DNA of 48,742 bases. It comes from Candidatus Parcubacteria bacterium (GTDB taxonomy: Bacteria; Patescibacteriota; Patescibacteriia; UBA1558; GWA2-36-10). The DNA lies in assembly GCA_018664825.1 (NCBI GenBank), contig JABJNO010000017.1, positions 1-48,742 on the forward strand, written 5' to 3'. Positions 1 through 10,339 of the stretch are shown here, one piece after another (positions within the stretch are counted from its first letter, which is position 1; each line of letters begins with the position of its first letter). A model generated the notes under the pieces. It had not been told where the DNA came from, ran no database searches, and was given only the letters and a program-made list of their open reading frames with translations. The translations under genes and the position numbers were made by a program.

Positions 1-43
1 AACGTGTTCTCAAGTTGGTGCCTACTCACCACTAATCAAAAAC

Positions 44-74
44 AAACCCCCTTTATATTACAAAGGGGGTTTTT
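44..74. terminator. Bidirectional intrinsic terminator
   Basis: AAACCCCCTTT-ATATTAC-AAAGGGGGTTT inverted repeat with A-tract before and T-tract after, just past the stop of the minus-strand gene ending at 91. Confidence 0.8.
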
Positions 75-90
75 ATTATAGAGAAATAGT

Positions 91-1956
91 TTATTGTAAG
101 ATTATTCTACCTTGCTTGATTTGGTTTTTGTATGATTCATCTATCTCTGACCAATCTATAAATTTATTTAAAAATACGTCCCTCTCCCCTGCCTTCATCA
201 AAGATAACTGACTACCGGTAGACAAAATAGGAAATAAATATATTTGGTAATTACCTTGCTCATAATGTATACCTACTCCGAGTTCTTGTTGGGTATCTTC
301 AGAAAAATATTGATCAAAAACAAAATTTCCCAATGAATAAAATATTGGTTTATTTTTGTATATTTCCATACCTTGGACCACATGAGGATGGTGACCGATT
401 ATGATATCAGCGCCAGCATCTATAATCTGATGAGCGAGTTCTTGTTGAGTGGTGTTGAATTGGTGTTCGTACTCCACTCCCCAATGTACTTGAGCTACTA
501 CCAAATCATTTTCATTTTTTAGACTTTTTATTTTATCAAGTGCTTTATCTACATCAAAAGGATTATAAACCATACTAAATGCAGCTATGCCTACTTTTTG
601 TTTGGCCACAGCAAGACTTGTTTCGCTGCAGTCATCTACAACAGCATCTCCACAACCTGTAAAATTTATATCTAAGTTTCTAAGATTTTGAGCAGTCTCC
701 TCCATCCCTCGATATCCTTGATCTATGATGTGATTGTTTGCTAGGGCAAAAAAGTTGAAGTAATATTTATCTCTTATATCTTTTATATATTTTGGATCGA
801 TTGCAAAGTCTATACTAGCCTCAGGTGGATAATGTGCACCGTTGTTGGTCAGTGCTCCTTCTAGGTTGGCACTGACAATATCAGGGCTCATAAAAAATCT
901 ATTTTCTTCACCACCCAAAGTATCAAAAATATACCCAATACCCTTTGTATCTACTTTATCTTTTACATTTCTGTCGAGCATCATATCACCAAAAAATAAC
1001 ATACTTATACTATTTTGAGTGCTTGGTGGGCCATCGCCAAAATAATAATATAGATGACTAGTACCTGGCTCGTCTGGATTTTTGAGTAGTGTGCTAGAGT
1101 TTGTATGAAAAACTAAATTTGATTTTTGAGTGTTTATATTTTCTAGGTATTTTAAAACAGCATAAATAGAAGCTGGTGAGTCAATTTCTAAATTATGTAT
1201 TCTTTCAAAATCAAAATCTTCAATCACAGCTTTACTCAAATCATCATGAAAATCAGCCACTAGACTTGGTTGGTAGTGAGAAAAATCTACACTAGCTAAA
1301 ACCAAAGTTTTTTCTTTGTTAGTATTGTTTATAATTTGTTTGGCCAAAAAGTCCAAGTCTTCTTTGTTAGTGTTTAGTTTTAATATAATTGGCAAAACCT
1401 TGGCATCGGGCAAACTATTTTTAATAAACGGAATCAAACCAGATATAGAGTGTTCGTTGACAAAGGGGCCTTCATCAATGGCTACATTTTTGTCAGAAAC
1501 AAGTTTTTTGCCCAGCTCCAAGTCAGGTAACAAATCTCCATAGGGTGTGTTCCATTTATTTTGGGAGATGATTATGTTTGTAGGACCTACATCAAAGTGA
1601 TTTGGGCCTATCAATATGACAGTTTCATAATCTGTATCAGGTAATCCCATAAACCAAGCAGCGATTTTTTCTTTGGCAAAAAGATGATGTGGAATTATTC
1701 CACCATAGACTTTATCCTTTGCTATTTTTATATCACTACTACCATGTTTATAGGCCTGGTCATAAAAAGATTTTTTCATGTGATAAGAATCATGACTAGC
1801 CAGTAGTGAGTTTTTATCTTTTCCGGGTAATTTTATCTTTTCTATAGACTGCAAAAGATTTTGATTGCCACTATCCAACAATATATAAATCAGTCCTACT
1901 TGAGATAAAAGTAGGACCAATATTAGAGTAATTATTTTTTTATGTTTGTTTAGCAT
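91..1956 (-). CDS. Membrane-anchored fusion of MEMO1/AmmeMemoRadiSam protein B-like domain and CapA (PGA_cap) metallophosphatase domain
   Basis: N-terminal TM helix; MEMO motifs IIPHH, GPNH, NEHSI, SVDFSHY; CapA motifs GDMML, NLEG, LANNH, HWGxEY, GHHPHV, YSLGNF. Start moved to ATG 1956 (MLNK), overlapping the upstream stop. Confidence 0.85.
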   Translation of the reverse strand: MLNKHKKIITLILVLLLSQVGLIYILLDSGNQNLLQSIEKIKLPGKDKNSLLASHDSYHMKKSFYDQAYKHGSSDIKIAKDKVYGGIIPHHLFAKEKIAAWFMGLPDTDYETVILIGPNHFDVGPTNIIISQNKWNTPYGDLLPDLELGKKLVSDKNVAIDEGPFVNEHSISGLIPFIKNSLPDAKVLPIILKLNTNKEDLDFLAKQIINNTNKEKTLVLASVDFSHYQPSLVADFHDDLSKAVIEDFDFERIHNLEIDSPASIYAVLKYLENINTQKSNLVFHTNSSTLLKNPDEPGTSHLYYYFGDGPPSTQNSISMLFFGDMMLDRNVKDKVDTKGIGYIFDTLGGEENRFFMSPDIVSANLEGALTNNGAHYPPEASIDFAIDPKYIKDIRDKYYFNFFALANNHIIDQGYRGMEETAQNLRNLDINFTGCGDAVVDDCSETSLAVAKQKVGIAAFSMVYNPFDVDKALDKIKSLKNENDLVVAQVHWGVEYEHQFNTTQQELAHQIIDAGADIIIGHHPHVVQGMEIYKNKPIFYSLGNFVFDQYFSEDTQQELGVGIHYEQGNYQIYLFPILSTGSQLSLMKAGERDVFLNKFIDWSEIDESYKNQIKQGRIILQ

Positions 1957-3752
1957 TAGCGTAATGCTCCACCCCACTCAATCAGGACAAATCCTTTTCG
2001 AGCTGGAGCTTGTAATATTTGTGGCTGGACATTTATCTTTTTGTTCAAGCCTTTATAATCCATAAATACACGAATAATTGTATCAGGTTGAGGACTTACT
2101 TCTAGTGGAGCAAGTCTATCAAACTCAGGTTGTGGTACAAAAGTAATAAAGTAATATGGTTTTTCTTGCATCTTTGGTGCCCAGAATTCGATAAATTCGT
2201 TGTATTCTGCTGGAACCAAGCCTTGTTTGGCTAGCGAATCAACTAAGAAAGTTTTGACGTCTTCTTTGGCTACTACAAAGCCCTGTTTGGGCATAGTATA
2301 ATCTATTCCCAGTCCTTCCCAGAATAAATATGGATAAGTTTGTTTATCGTCGTAGTTGTACAAAGTACCATCTGGGTCAGCTTTGACAAACCAACCATCT
2401 TTGTAGGCAGGCTCAGTGATAGTTAGGCCTTTGTTTGGACTTACTTTGACAGCGATGTTAGTGGTTTTTTCTGGATAAAGATAAATCACAGGCTTAGCCA
2501 TTTCAGCGGCAGGCATATAGGCGGCATTTCTAAATTCTAGAATATTACCAAAAGGATCTTCCCAAAATATAATAGGATGTTTTGTCAAAAAATCTTCATA
2601 GCTAATTTTGTCATCTTTAGGTGAATAAATTCCGTCATACATTTTTTCAAAAATATTTTTTGTATCATTGTCCCGTTCTTTGACATCTGTATCTTTGAGT
2701 TCATATATAGGATCATTGGTATTTGTATATCCGGTAATTTTTAGATCATCTATGCCGTCAATATAATTGGCTCTTGCATGGGCAGCTCCTCTAAATATAG
2801 AGCCAACGTGTTGTTGTAAAAAGGCTTCTTCGTTTTGGACATTACCAGACCAAGTTATATCAAAAATATGTGGATTTTTGCCAAAATATTGGGCAGGATC
2901 TCCTTCTTTGCCTGCAAAGTTGAGCTCTATCCTATAATCTCTAATTGTATGATCTTCTGCTTCAGTAAAATAATACAAGGCAGAGCCTGCAGCAGAAGGT
3001 TCGTAAATGTATTTACCAGGAGCATATTCAAATAGTTCTTTGTAGTCCTCAGTAGAATTATCAAATTTTTTATAAGTAGTATATTCATATTTGACGAGAG
3101 CGAGGTTTGAGCTAGGAATATCTATAGAGTCTGGAGTTTCTAGATTTTTTATTTTAATACCTGCATTTTTTATACATAGGTATTCGTATCTATTATTGTC
3201 ACAGATATTATATTCACCCTTATTTAGTACTATTACATCATCTCCGTGTTTTATAGCGGTATGTTGGGAAATTCCCATTTCTTGAATGAATACATAATAT
3301 ACGAGATCACCCATATATTCTCCTTCAATTATTTTCCCTTTTTTTTCTGCAGATAGTGTATCAAGTTCAAGATATTTATAGTTTTGTTGTTGTAGGGCGA
3401 TTTTATCTTCTCCAAAAAATTCTTCAAGAATTACTGGTTCATTTTCCGGAAACCATTCAACCAAAATTTCACCCTCGGTCAAATCTACAACAACTTCATC
3501 ATTAGTATCGTCGTCTTCTTGATCATCATCTACTAGATCATCATCTGGGACATCATTTGTATTTTCATTGACAATTGGATTTGTATTGGTATTGTCGCCT
3601 GAGTCTTTTTTATTAAACAAATAATAAACAGTAAATATATTACTGACAACTAACAAAACTACCAAAATAGACAAAGTAATTTTGAAAGGGTCGTATTTTT
3701 CTGTTTCGTGACCATGATGATCATGGTGGTCTTGGTGTTCTAAATTTTCCAT
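1956..3752 (-). CDS. Membrane-anchored hypothetical protein with C-terminal KPVIYLYP...EWGG domain
   Basis: 598-aa ORF; His-rich N-terminus, TM helix, Asp-rich linker; conserved KPVIYLYP, YLFWEG, EFIEFW, EWGG motifs of an uncharacterised family. Confidence 0.75.
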   Translation of the reverse strand: MENLEHQDHHDHHGHETEKYDPFKITLSILVVLLVVSNIFTVYYLFNKKDSGDNTNTNPIVNENTNDVPDDDLVDDDQEDDDTNDEVVVDLTEGEILVEWFPENEPVILEEFFGEDKIALQQQNYKYLELDTLSAEKKGKIIEGEYMGDLVYYVFIQEMGISQHTAIKHGDDVIVLNKGEYNICDNNRYEYLCIKNAGIKIKNLETPDSIDIPSSNLALVKYEYTTYKKFDNSTEDYKELFEYAPGKYIYEPSAAGSALYYFTEAEDHTIRDYRIELNFAGKEGDPAQYFGKNPHIFDITWSGNVQNEEAFLQQHVGSIFRGAAHARANYIDGIDDLKITGYTNTNDPIYELKDTDVKERDNDTKNIFEKMYDGIYSPKDDKISYEDFLTKHPIIFWEDPFGNILEFRNAAYMPAAEMAKPVIYLYPEKTTNIAVKVSPNKGLTITEPAYKDGWFVKADPDGTLYNYDDKQTYPYLFWEGLGIDYTMPKQGFVVAKEDVKTFLVDSLAKQGLVPAEYNEFIEFWAPKMQEKPYYFITFVPQPEFDRLAPLEVSPQPDTIIRVFMDYKGLNKKINVQPQILQAPARKGFVLIEWGGALR

Positions 3753-3797
3753 ATTTTTTGTAATTAAAAAGATAGCCTGATGCTATCTTTTATTTTT

Positions 3798-5030
3798 TTA
3801 AGGTAAATAGTTTAAAGGGTTGATAGGAATACCATTCATACGAAGCTCAAGGTGTAGATGAGGTCCTGTGGATAGTGAGCCCGCTCCTCTGGTACCTGGT
3901 AAGCCACCAGAATAGCCAATAATCTGTCCCTTACCAACCAACTGGTCATTTGATACAGAAATTTGATTGACGTGTCCATAGACAGTAGATAAGCCATCGG
4001 CATGGATGAGCATAATATAGCTATAACCTGTCTGTCCACCGTCTCTAGCCTTGGCTACATAGCCTGTATCAGCAGCGACTATAGGAGAGCCTTGTGGAGT
4101 AGCGATATCTATGGCTGGATGCTCAAAAATATATCTATAAGGATAATCAGGATCATGGAAATAAGCAGTCACTCGACGTGAGCTGACTGGCCACATTAGA
4201 CCTTCACTAGTAATTTGTTCTTCTTTGAGCTGACGATTTAGTTTTTCACGAGCTACTTTTTCTAGATAAACAATATCAGAATTGGCCTGTTCTTGTTCTT
4301 CTTTGGCTTGTTGTAATAATTGTTGAAATTTTGATTCCTGTCCTTCAGTGACAATCATCAAGGTGTTTTTGGTAGATTTTTGGCTATCTAAAGTGCCTTT
4401 TTTGTTGTCCAAAATTCCTTTTAGTGTATCGAGCTCTGTCCTTTCTGTTTCTAGCGAAGTTTGGTCACCCACTAGAGCAATCTTTACTCCGTTTAGATCA
4501 TCTACTTCGCCCACCAAACTGTCTTGCATACTCTCTAGACGATCAAGTTCAGATATAAAATCACTAAAATTGTCATTGAGTAATAAAATTTCTAGAGTAC
4601 TACTTTTTTGTTGTTGGACATGTAGATCACGTAATACTTCAGCGATTGTTTCTTTTTGGTCACCTATCTCTCTTTCCTTGGCTTGTATTTTTAGTTGTGT
4701 ATTTTCTATTTTCAAATTTATAGTTTCCATTTCTAGCTCAGCAGATTGGACTTCGAGATTTATCTTGGCAATACTTTGATTGAGGGTGCTGACTTGATTT
4801 GATAAAGTGGCCAATTCTTTTTGTTTGGCATTGATATTTTTTTTATAAACCCCTACTTGGCGGTTGAGTTCTTGGATTTCAGACCTTTTTTCATTGATAT
4901 CTTGGTTGATTTGCCAGACTTCTGCGTTTTCTACATCATCTAGTGTATATTCGGTAGCGCCTATACCAAAAGGATAAAAAAACAAACTCAAAATAGAGAT
5001 TATTAGAGTTAGTTTAAATGATTTTTTCAT
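3798..5030 (-). CDS. Secreted coiled-coil M23 peptidase (EnvC/murein hydrolase-like)
   Basis: Signal peptide MKKSF..., long coiled coil, M23 motifs HPAID, YGH, HLH; ORF-track start at 5057 also possible. Confidence 0.9.
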   Translation of the reverse strand: MKKSFKLTLIISILSLFFYPFGIGATEYTLDDVENAEVWQINQDINEKRSEIQELNRQVGVYKKNINAKQKELATLSNQVSTLNQSIAKINLEVQSAELEMETINLKIENTQLKIQAKEREIGDQKETIAEVLRDLHVQQQKSSTLEILLLNDNFSDFISELDRLESMQDSLVGEVDDLNGVKIALVGDQTSLETERTELDTLKGILDNKKGTLDSQKSTKNTLMIVTEGQESKFQQLLQQAKEEQEQANSDIVYLEKVAREKLNRQLKEEQITSEGLMWPVSSRRVTAYFHDPDYPYRYIFEHPAIDIATPQGSPIVAADTGYVAKARDGGQTGYSYIMLIHADGLSTVYGHVNQISVSNDQLVGKGQIIGYSGGLPGTRGAGSLSTGPHLHLELRMNGIPINPLNYLP

Positions 5031-5104
5031 TTTTGTTTCAAGTGTTTGCATGGGCAAATTTTTTGTACAATTTATTATACCACAAATCTATAGATATAAC
5101 AAAA

Positions 5105-5581
5105 TTATACTTTGTGAGATTTCATTTTATAAAGTAGCTTATAAACTTTTTCTGCTTCTTTATGAATGGCGGGTATTAGCCTTATCATAGCCTTTGAGTC
5201 AAATCTATTCAAAACTTCAAATGATTTATAGCCTATGTTATCTCGGTGTCCCGTGGATATAGATATGGGCATACTAGCCGCTTCCATTACTTCAGTAATA
5301 GCTGCATTGTAGGCTTGGCACTGGAGTTTATTTGTACCAGTGTAGGCTAGGGCAATTAATTTGTCGACAGAAGAAGGGTTTGTATCAAACTCTACTTTTA
5401 CTAATTCAGCCGGTGGAATGAATTCTGTAACCCTCTCCCCAAGATAATTAATTAAAAAAGCAGAACCTTTTTCTGCTTCTCTGGCATGCCTAAATTCATT
5501 TGTAGAAAAAAAATTATTAAAGATACCAAATTGATCCTGGGCTTCTTTGAGTTTATCTTTTAGCATTTGGCAAGTATCCAT
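5105..5581 (-). CDS. Hypothetical protein, paralogue of 5583-6059
   Basis: 158 aa; shares IPPxELVxVExDTN and AYxGxNxLQCQAYNxAIxE with neighbour. Confidence 0.75.
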   Translation of the reverse strand: MDTCQMLKDKLKEAQDQFGIFNNFFSTNEFRHAREAEKGSAFLINYLGERVTEFIPPAELVKVEFDTNPSSVDKLIALAYTGTNKLQCQAYNAAITEVMEAASMPISISTGHRDNIGYKSFEVLNRFDSKAMIRLIPAIHKEAEKVYKLLYKMKSHKV

Positions 5582-5582
5582 A

Positions 5583-6059
5583 TTATTTTTTACTCCTCAT
5601 TTCTTTCAAGAGTTTTTTATATTTTTTTTCAGCAAGTTTATGAAATTCTGGTATTAACCTTTTTCGCTTATCAGTGTTTCCGGTGTATCTATTGATTCCA
5701 AATTTGAAAGTCATATGGCCTATGGCCTCTTTGGTTGTTAGGCGTGGACGTAAATCTCCTAATTTTTTTTCTAATATTTCGTCGATAGCTAGATTATAAG
5801 CCTGGCATTGCAGTCGGTTGTTACCAAAATAAGCAAACATAAACTCGTCAGGAAGATTGGTATCTATCTCTACTCTTACTAGTTCGGGCGGTGGAATGTG
5901 CTCTTGTGCTCTTTCTCGGAGGTGGTCTATAGAGGGGGTAAGTAATTCTCCATCGCTTTTAGCTATAACAAAATTTTTCTTGGATACAGCATTTTTAAAA
6001 TCTTCAAAAATGTTTTGAGTTATTCGTAGGTCTACTTTTAGTTCATCACAAAAGTTCAT
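5583..6059 (-). CDS. Hypothetical protein, paralogue of 5105-5581
   Basis: 158 aa; 1-nt spacing to gltX and to the next paralogue. Confidence 0.75.
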   Translation of the reverse strand: MNFCDELKVDLRITQNIFEDFKNAVSKKNFVIAKSDGELLTPSIDHLRERAQEHIPPPELVRVEIDTNLPDEFMFAYFGNNRLQCQAYNLAIDEILEKKLGDLRPRLTTKEAIGHMTFKFGINRYTGNTDKRKRLIPEFHKLAEKKYKKLLKEMRSKK

Positions 6060-6060
6060 A

Positions 6061-7485
6061 TTATCCTAATTTATCCAAAGCTTGTTTTATCCTATTGAGA
6101 CTCTCCTCTTTCCCCAAAAAGTCCATGATTTCTGCTGGTGATGGACTTTTTTGTAAACCAGAAACAGCTATCCGTAGTGGCCAAAAAATATCTCCAGGAG
6201 AAAAATCACTATTGTTGACTAGATTTTCCAAAGTAGTATGCAAAAATTCTTTTTCCCAGTCTTTATCTTTGGTGGTTTCTAGTTTGTCATAGGCAAGTTT
6301 CATGCCTTGTTTGGTTTTGTTCAAATCACTTTTTTTGAAAACCAATTCTTCGGTTTCGTATCTTGGGAGTTTATGCAAAAAGGCAGTCATTTCATCTAGT
6401 TGGGCTAGATATTCTACTCTACTACCAAATAGTTTGAGTACATCCTCAGGCCTATCTTTAAAATTTGTGAGAAATTCGGCTGTAGTATTTAGCAGTGTTT
6501 TATAAGAATCGTCTTTATTTTCTATAATTTGACGGACATATTCAGAGTTGTACCAATTTAGTTTATTGATATCAAAGACAGCTCCTGCTTTGTTGATATT
6601 GGCAATAGAAAATTCTTTGATAAGCTCTTCTAAACTAAAAATTTCTCTATCATCCCCGGGATTCCAGCCCAACATAGCAACATAGTTTATCAAAACTTCT
6701 TTGAGATAGCCTTTGGCCAAAAAGTCTTCGACAGCTACGTCACCTTGTCTTTTGGAAAGTTTTGATTTGTCTGGATTGAGTAAAAGTGGAAGATGTACAA
6801 AAGTCGGTAGATCATAGTCAAATGCTCTATAAAGTAAAATATGTTTTGGTAATGACGGTAGCCATTCTTCACCGCGGATTACGTGAGTGACTTTCATCTC
6901 GTGATCATCCAAGATGTTGGCCAGATGATAAGTAGGATATCCGTCGGACTTCAAAATCACCAAGTCATCTAGATCTTCACTTTTGACAGAAATTTTGCCA
7001 TAGACCATGTCCTCTGCTTTGATGATTTCATTGTCAGGTATTTTGAAACGGATTACATGATTTTCGTCTTCTTTTAGCTTTTTGTCTATATCCTCTTCTG
7101 ATAAATCACAACAATGCCGGTCATATTTTGGTACTTGCTTGTTGGCTTGTTGTCCTTTACGTAGCTCATCCAATCTTTCGGAGCTACAAAAGCAATAATA
7201 AGCTTTTTTTTCTTTAATAAGCTTTTCGGCGGCTTTGTTGTATTTTTTGAGCCTGTCTGACTGTTTTTCAATTTTTCCGTCAGGGTTTAGCCCCATTTTA
7301 TTTAGGATTTCTATCATATTCTCCTCTGCCCCAGGGACAAGACGACTTCGGTCAGTATCTTCTATTCGTAGCAAAAAATCACCATCGTTTTGTTTGGCGT
7401 AGAGATAGTTGAATAAGGCAGTTCGCAAGCTTCCGATATGCATGTACCCAGTAGGACTGGGAGCAAATCTAGTTTTTGTTTTCAT
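6061..7485 (-). CDS. gltX: Glutamate--tRNA ligase
   Basis: TRFAPSPTG, HIGS (HIGH), LRIEDTD, HVIRGEEW, KLSKR (KMSKS). Confidence 0.97.
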   Translation of the reverse strand: MKTKTRFAPSPTGYMHIGSLRTALFNYLYAKQNDGDFLLRIEDTDRSRLVPGAEENMIEILNKMGLNPDGKIEKQSDRLKKYNKAAEKLIKEKKAYYCFCSSERLDELRKGQQANKQVPKYDRHCCDLSEEDIDKKLKEDENHVIRFKIPDNEIIKAEDMVYGKISVKSEDLDDLVILKSDGYPTYHLANILDDHEMKVTHVIRGEEWLPSLPKHILLYRAFDYDLPTFVHLPLLLNPDKSKLSKRQGDVAVEDFLAKGYLKEVLINYVAMLGWNPGDDREIFSLEELIKEFSIANINKAGAVFDINKLNWYNSEYVRQIIENKDDSYKTLLNTTAEFLTNFKDRPEDVLKLFGSRVEYLAQLDEMTAFLHKLPRYETEELVFKKSDLNKTKQGMKLAYDKLETTKDKDWEKEFLHTTLENLVNNSDFSPGDIFWPLRIAVSGLQKSPSPAEIMDFLGKEESLNRIKQALDKLG

Positions 7486-7490
7486 ATATT

Positions 7491-8213
7491 TTATTTTTTA
7501 AATCTATCCAATAATACCAAAATAGGGAAAATAATGACAGCTCGATTGATTCTCTGGATGCGCCAAGGTTGGCGGAGTAAGCGCCAAAGCCATTCGAGTC
7601 CTAGGCTACGGAATATTTTGGGAGCTCGCTTGATAGTGCCAGACATAAAATCAAATGTTCCGCCCACTCCAGCAGCAACACGAATACTTGGGAGTTTTGG
7701 CAAGTTTTCATAAATCCACATGTCTTGCCTGGGAGCTCCATAGCCCGCCAAGATAATATGTGGTTCAAATATTTTGGCTTTTTCCAAAGCAGATTTTTCA
7801 TCGGCAACCTGAAAATCAAGGTGGGGATATTTTTGTTTGATGGTCATAAAAAAATTACCTGCCTTGGTCAGACCCTTGCTATACAAACAAAACAATATTT
7901 TATAATTTTTGTTTATAGCTATATTGATCAAAATTTCCGTAAGTCTGACGCCAGTCAATCGATCATCTAGAGATACTTGGCTTCCCAAAAATTGCAAAGC
8001 TTTTATGATGCCTGCTCCATCTATAGTAGCTAGGGATGATTCATTGATGATTTTTTTGAATTCTTTGTTTTCTCGGCTAGCCACAATAAACTCAGGATTG
8101 ACAGTCATTATTTGATGTTGAGAGTCAGAGCTCAAAAAACTTTGTAGCATATCTTTGGCTACGTGGTTTGGGCAAGTCTGTATTTTTACTCCTAGGAGTT
8201 TATAAGTCTTCAT
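7491..8213 (-). CDS. WecB/TagA/CpsF family glycosyltransferase
   Basis: TVNPE, DGAG, GAPRQD, GVGGTFD, GLEWLWRL..QPWR motifs. Confidence 0.92.
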   Translation of the reverse strand: MKTYKLLGVKIQTCPNHVAKDMLQSFLSSDSQHQIMTVNPEFIVASRENKEFKKIINESSLATIDGAGIIKALQFLGSQVSLDDRLTGVRLTEILINIAINKNYKILFCLYSKGLTKAGNFFMTIKQKYPHLDFQVADEKSALEKAKIFEPHIILAGYGAPRQDMWIYENLPKLPSIRVAAGVGGTFDFMSGTIKRAPKIFRSLGLEWLWRLLRQPWRIQRINRAVIIFPILVLLDRFKK

Positions 8214-8761
8214 AAATCAAAAGTTTGTAGAATAGTATACTCCGGACCTTGTTTGGTCAGAACACTTTCTCGTAATTCAAAATTTGGTACATTAAAGATT
8301 TTGTTTATTTTCCATTTTTCAAAATCAGCAAATTCTGAGAACTCGGCAGATTGTTTGACTCTAGCTATGGTCAGGTGGGTGGTAAAGCGACGTATTTCTT
8401 TGTTGACTAGATTGGCATCAAACAAAACTTGTTCTATGTTATCAAACAATTTTTGGATATCTTTGTTTTCTTTGAAACCAAGGACTAGGGTCTGGGGTCT
8501 CTTGGAATTAAATATTTTTGGTTTGTCTATTTCTAATTCTAGGTTTTCTATCTGAGTATCTACTTTTTCAAGAGCCTCAATAATGGCTGGCACCCTATCT
8601 ATAGGAGTGGTACCCAAAAACTTCATAGACAAATGGATATTAAAATCCTCAACTGGCTTGATTTTTTCCCATGGTAAATCTAGATTTAAAAATTCTTTGG
8701 AAATCCTTTTGACAATCCCTGGGTCGACTGGCAAACTAATAAATAATCTGGCTGTATTCAT
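8210..8761 (-). CDS. thpR: RNA 2',3'-cyclic phosphodiesterase (2H phosphoesterase)
   Basis: RLFISL start, two HxS/T motifs (HLSMKFLG, HLTIAR), ESVL..GPEY. Confidence 0.9.
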   Translation of the reverse strand: MNTARLFISLPVDPGIVKRISKEFLNLDLPWEKIKPVEDFNIHLSMKFLGTTPIDRVPAIIEALEKVDTQIENLELEIDKPKIFNSKRPQTLVLGFKENKDIQKLFDNIEQVLFDANLVNKEIRRFTTHLTIARVKQSAEFSEFADFEKWKINKIFNVPNFELRESVLTKQGPEYTILQTFDL

Positions 8762-8872
8762 GTCCTAATTCTATCTCAAATGTCTCCAAAAATCAATTTT
8801 TTGATCCTAGGTTATTTTTGGTTTTTTTGGTATAATGAATAGACAAAAATAATTAACAAATTTATAAAAAAT

Positions 8873-10336
8873 ATGCTCAATAAGTTTAATAGAATTATTG
8901 CTATTTTTACGTTATTTTCAATGTTTTTACCATTTGCTGCTTCAGCTGAGGATTTTGATTACAACAATATCTTATCCGATGAAGAGGCCATGGATTATGC
9001 TTCAATGACCAAGGGTGATATTCAAGATTTTTTTAAAGAACAAAACAGTTTTTTGAAAAACTATTGGTATGAAGGCAACAATCCAGACCCCTCTCAAGTA
9101 GATATGGGTGTAGATGAAAAGTATATAGAAAAAAGACAGGCAGCTGAGATTATTTATAACGCTGCTCAAGAAGCAAAAATAAATCCAAAATTTTTATTGA
9201 CCTTGTTACAAAAAGAGCAAAGTTTGATAGAAAATGATAGTCCGAGTATTCGAAACTTGGATTATGCTATGGGATATTATTGCTATGATGGGCAACCCTG
9301 CAACCCAAAGTTTAAAGGCTTTGGTAAACAAGTCAGGGGCACTGCTCTACAATTTCAGTACTATATAGACAATATTTATGAATACAATTATCAACCAAAC
9401 AAGAGTTCTTGCATTGATGATGCCACCCCTTATCTTCCTTGTACAGCGACCGCTACCCAGATAAAACCTGAAAATAAAATCACAGCCGCTATGTATGTGT
9501 ATACTCCACATGTTCACGGAAACAAACTTTTTTCAAATCTATGGAATAGATATGATTTTAGTGGGGTTGTTGGTAGTATCGATATTTTGACTGGAATATT
9601 CCCCAATGGAGCTCTTGTAAAAGCTAGAGACGGAGAAGATACGGCTGTTTATTTGATTCAGAGTGGCCAAAAGAGAGCTTTTAGCTCAATGAATGCCTTG
9701 GTCTCACGCTTTGATCCACAACTAGTATTGAATGTAGAGAGTAGTGAACTTGCCAAATATGCAGAAGGATTAAATATTGAACACATGAATTATTCTGTAT
9801 TAGAAGTACCTTCTGGTGATAAATATTTGATTGATGGACTTACCAAGCGCTTGATTGCTGGTGATGAAGTTTTTCGTCAATTGGGCATAAATCCAGAAGA
9901 GGTGGAAAATGTCGAAGAAGCTGATCTAGCTGCTTATCAAATTGGTGAGGCATTGGCAGATACTGATTCAAGTCCTTTTGAACAATTGATGCAAGATCCT
10001 ACAACTGGTGGAGTTTATTATGTAAAAGATGGTAAAAAAGCCCCAATTATTGATCCGAGTATTTTGGAGATGAATTACTCAGATATAAAAATAAAAGAAG
10101 TAACTACCAAGACCTTGGATGACCTTGTAAAGATTGCCCCAGTAAAACTTGAAAACGGTAGTTTGATAATGAAAGATTCTAATCCAGATGTTTATGTAGT
10201 TTATGAAGGCAAACGTCGTTTGATTCCTGATGGAGCTACTTTTGAAAAACTTGGCTATAGTTGGGCAAATATTTATACAGTTCCAACCAAAGTCATGAAT
10301 TTTCATGCAACTGAAGTACCAATTTCAACCAATTAA
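8873..10336 (+). CDS. Secreted protein with lysozyme-like N-terminal domain and repeated C-terminal surface modules
   Basis: Signal peptide; INPKFLLTLLQKEQSL, AMGYYC, YxYTPH; four VYxIxxGxKRxI-like repeats. Confidence 0.65.
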   Translation: MLNKFNRIIAIFTLFSMFLPFAASAEDFDYNNILSDEEAMDYASMTKGDIQDFFKEQNSFLKNYWYEGNNPDPSQVDMGVDEKYIEKRQAAEIIYNAAQEAKINPKFLLTLLQKEQSLIENDSPSIRNLDYAMGYYCYDGQPCNPKFKGFGKQVRGTALQFQYYIDNIYEYNYQPNKSSCIDDATPYLPCTATATQIKPENKITAAMYVYTPHVHGNKLFSNLWNRYDFSGVVGSIDILTGIFPNGALVKARDGEDTAVYLIQSGQKRAFSSMNALVSRFDPQLVLNVESSELAKYAEGLNIEHMNYSVLEVPSGDKYLIDGLTKRLIAGDEVFRQLGINPEEVENVEEADLAAYQIGEALADTDSSPFEQLMQDPTTGGVYYVKDGKKAPIIDPSILEMNYSDIKIKEVTTKTLDDLVKIAPVKLENGSLIMKDSNPDVYVVYEGKRRLIPDGATFEKLGYSWANIYTVPTKVMNFHATEVPISTN

Positions 10337-10339
10337 TAT

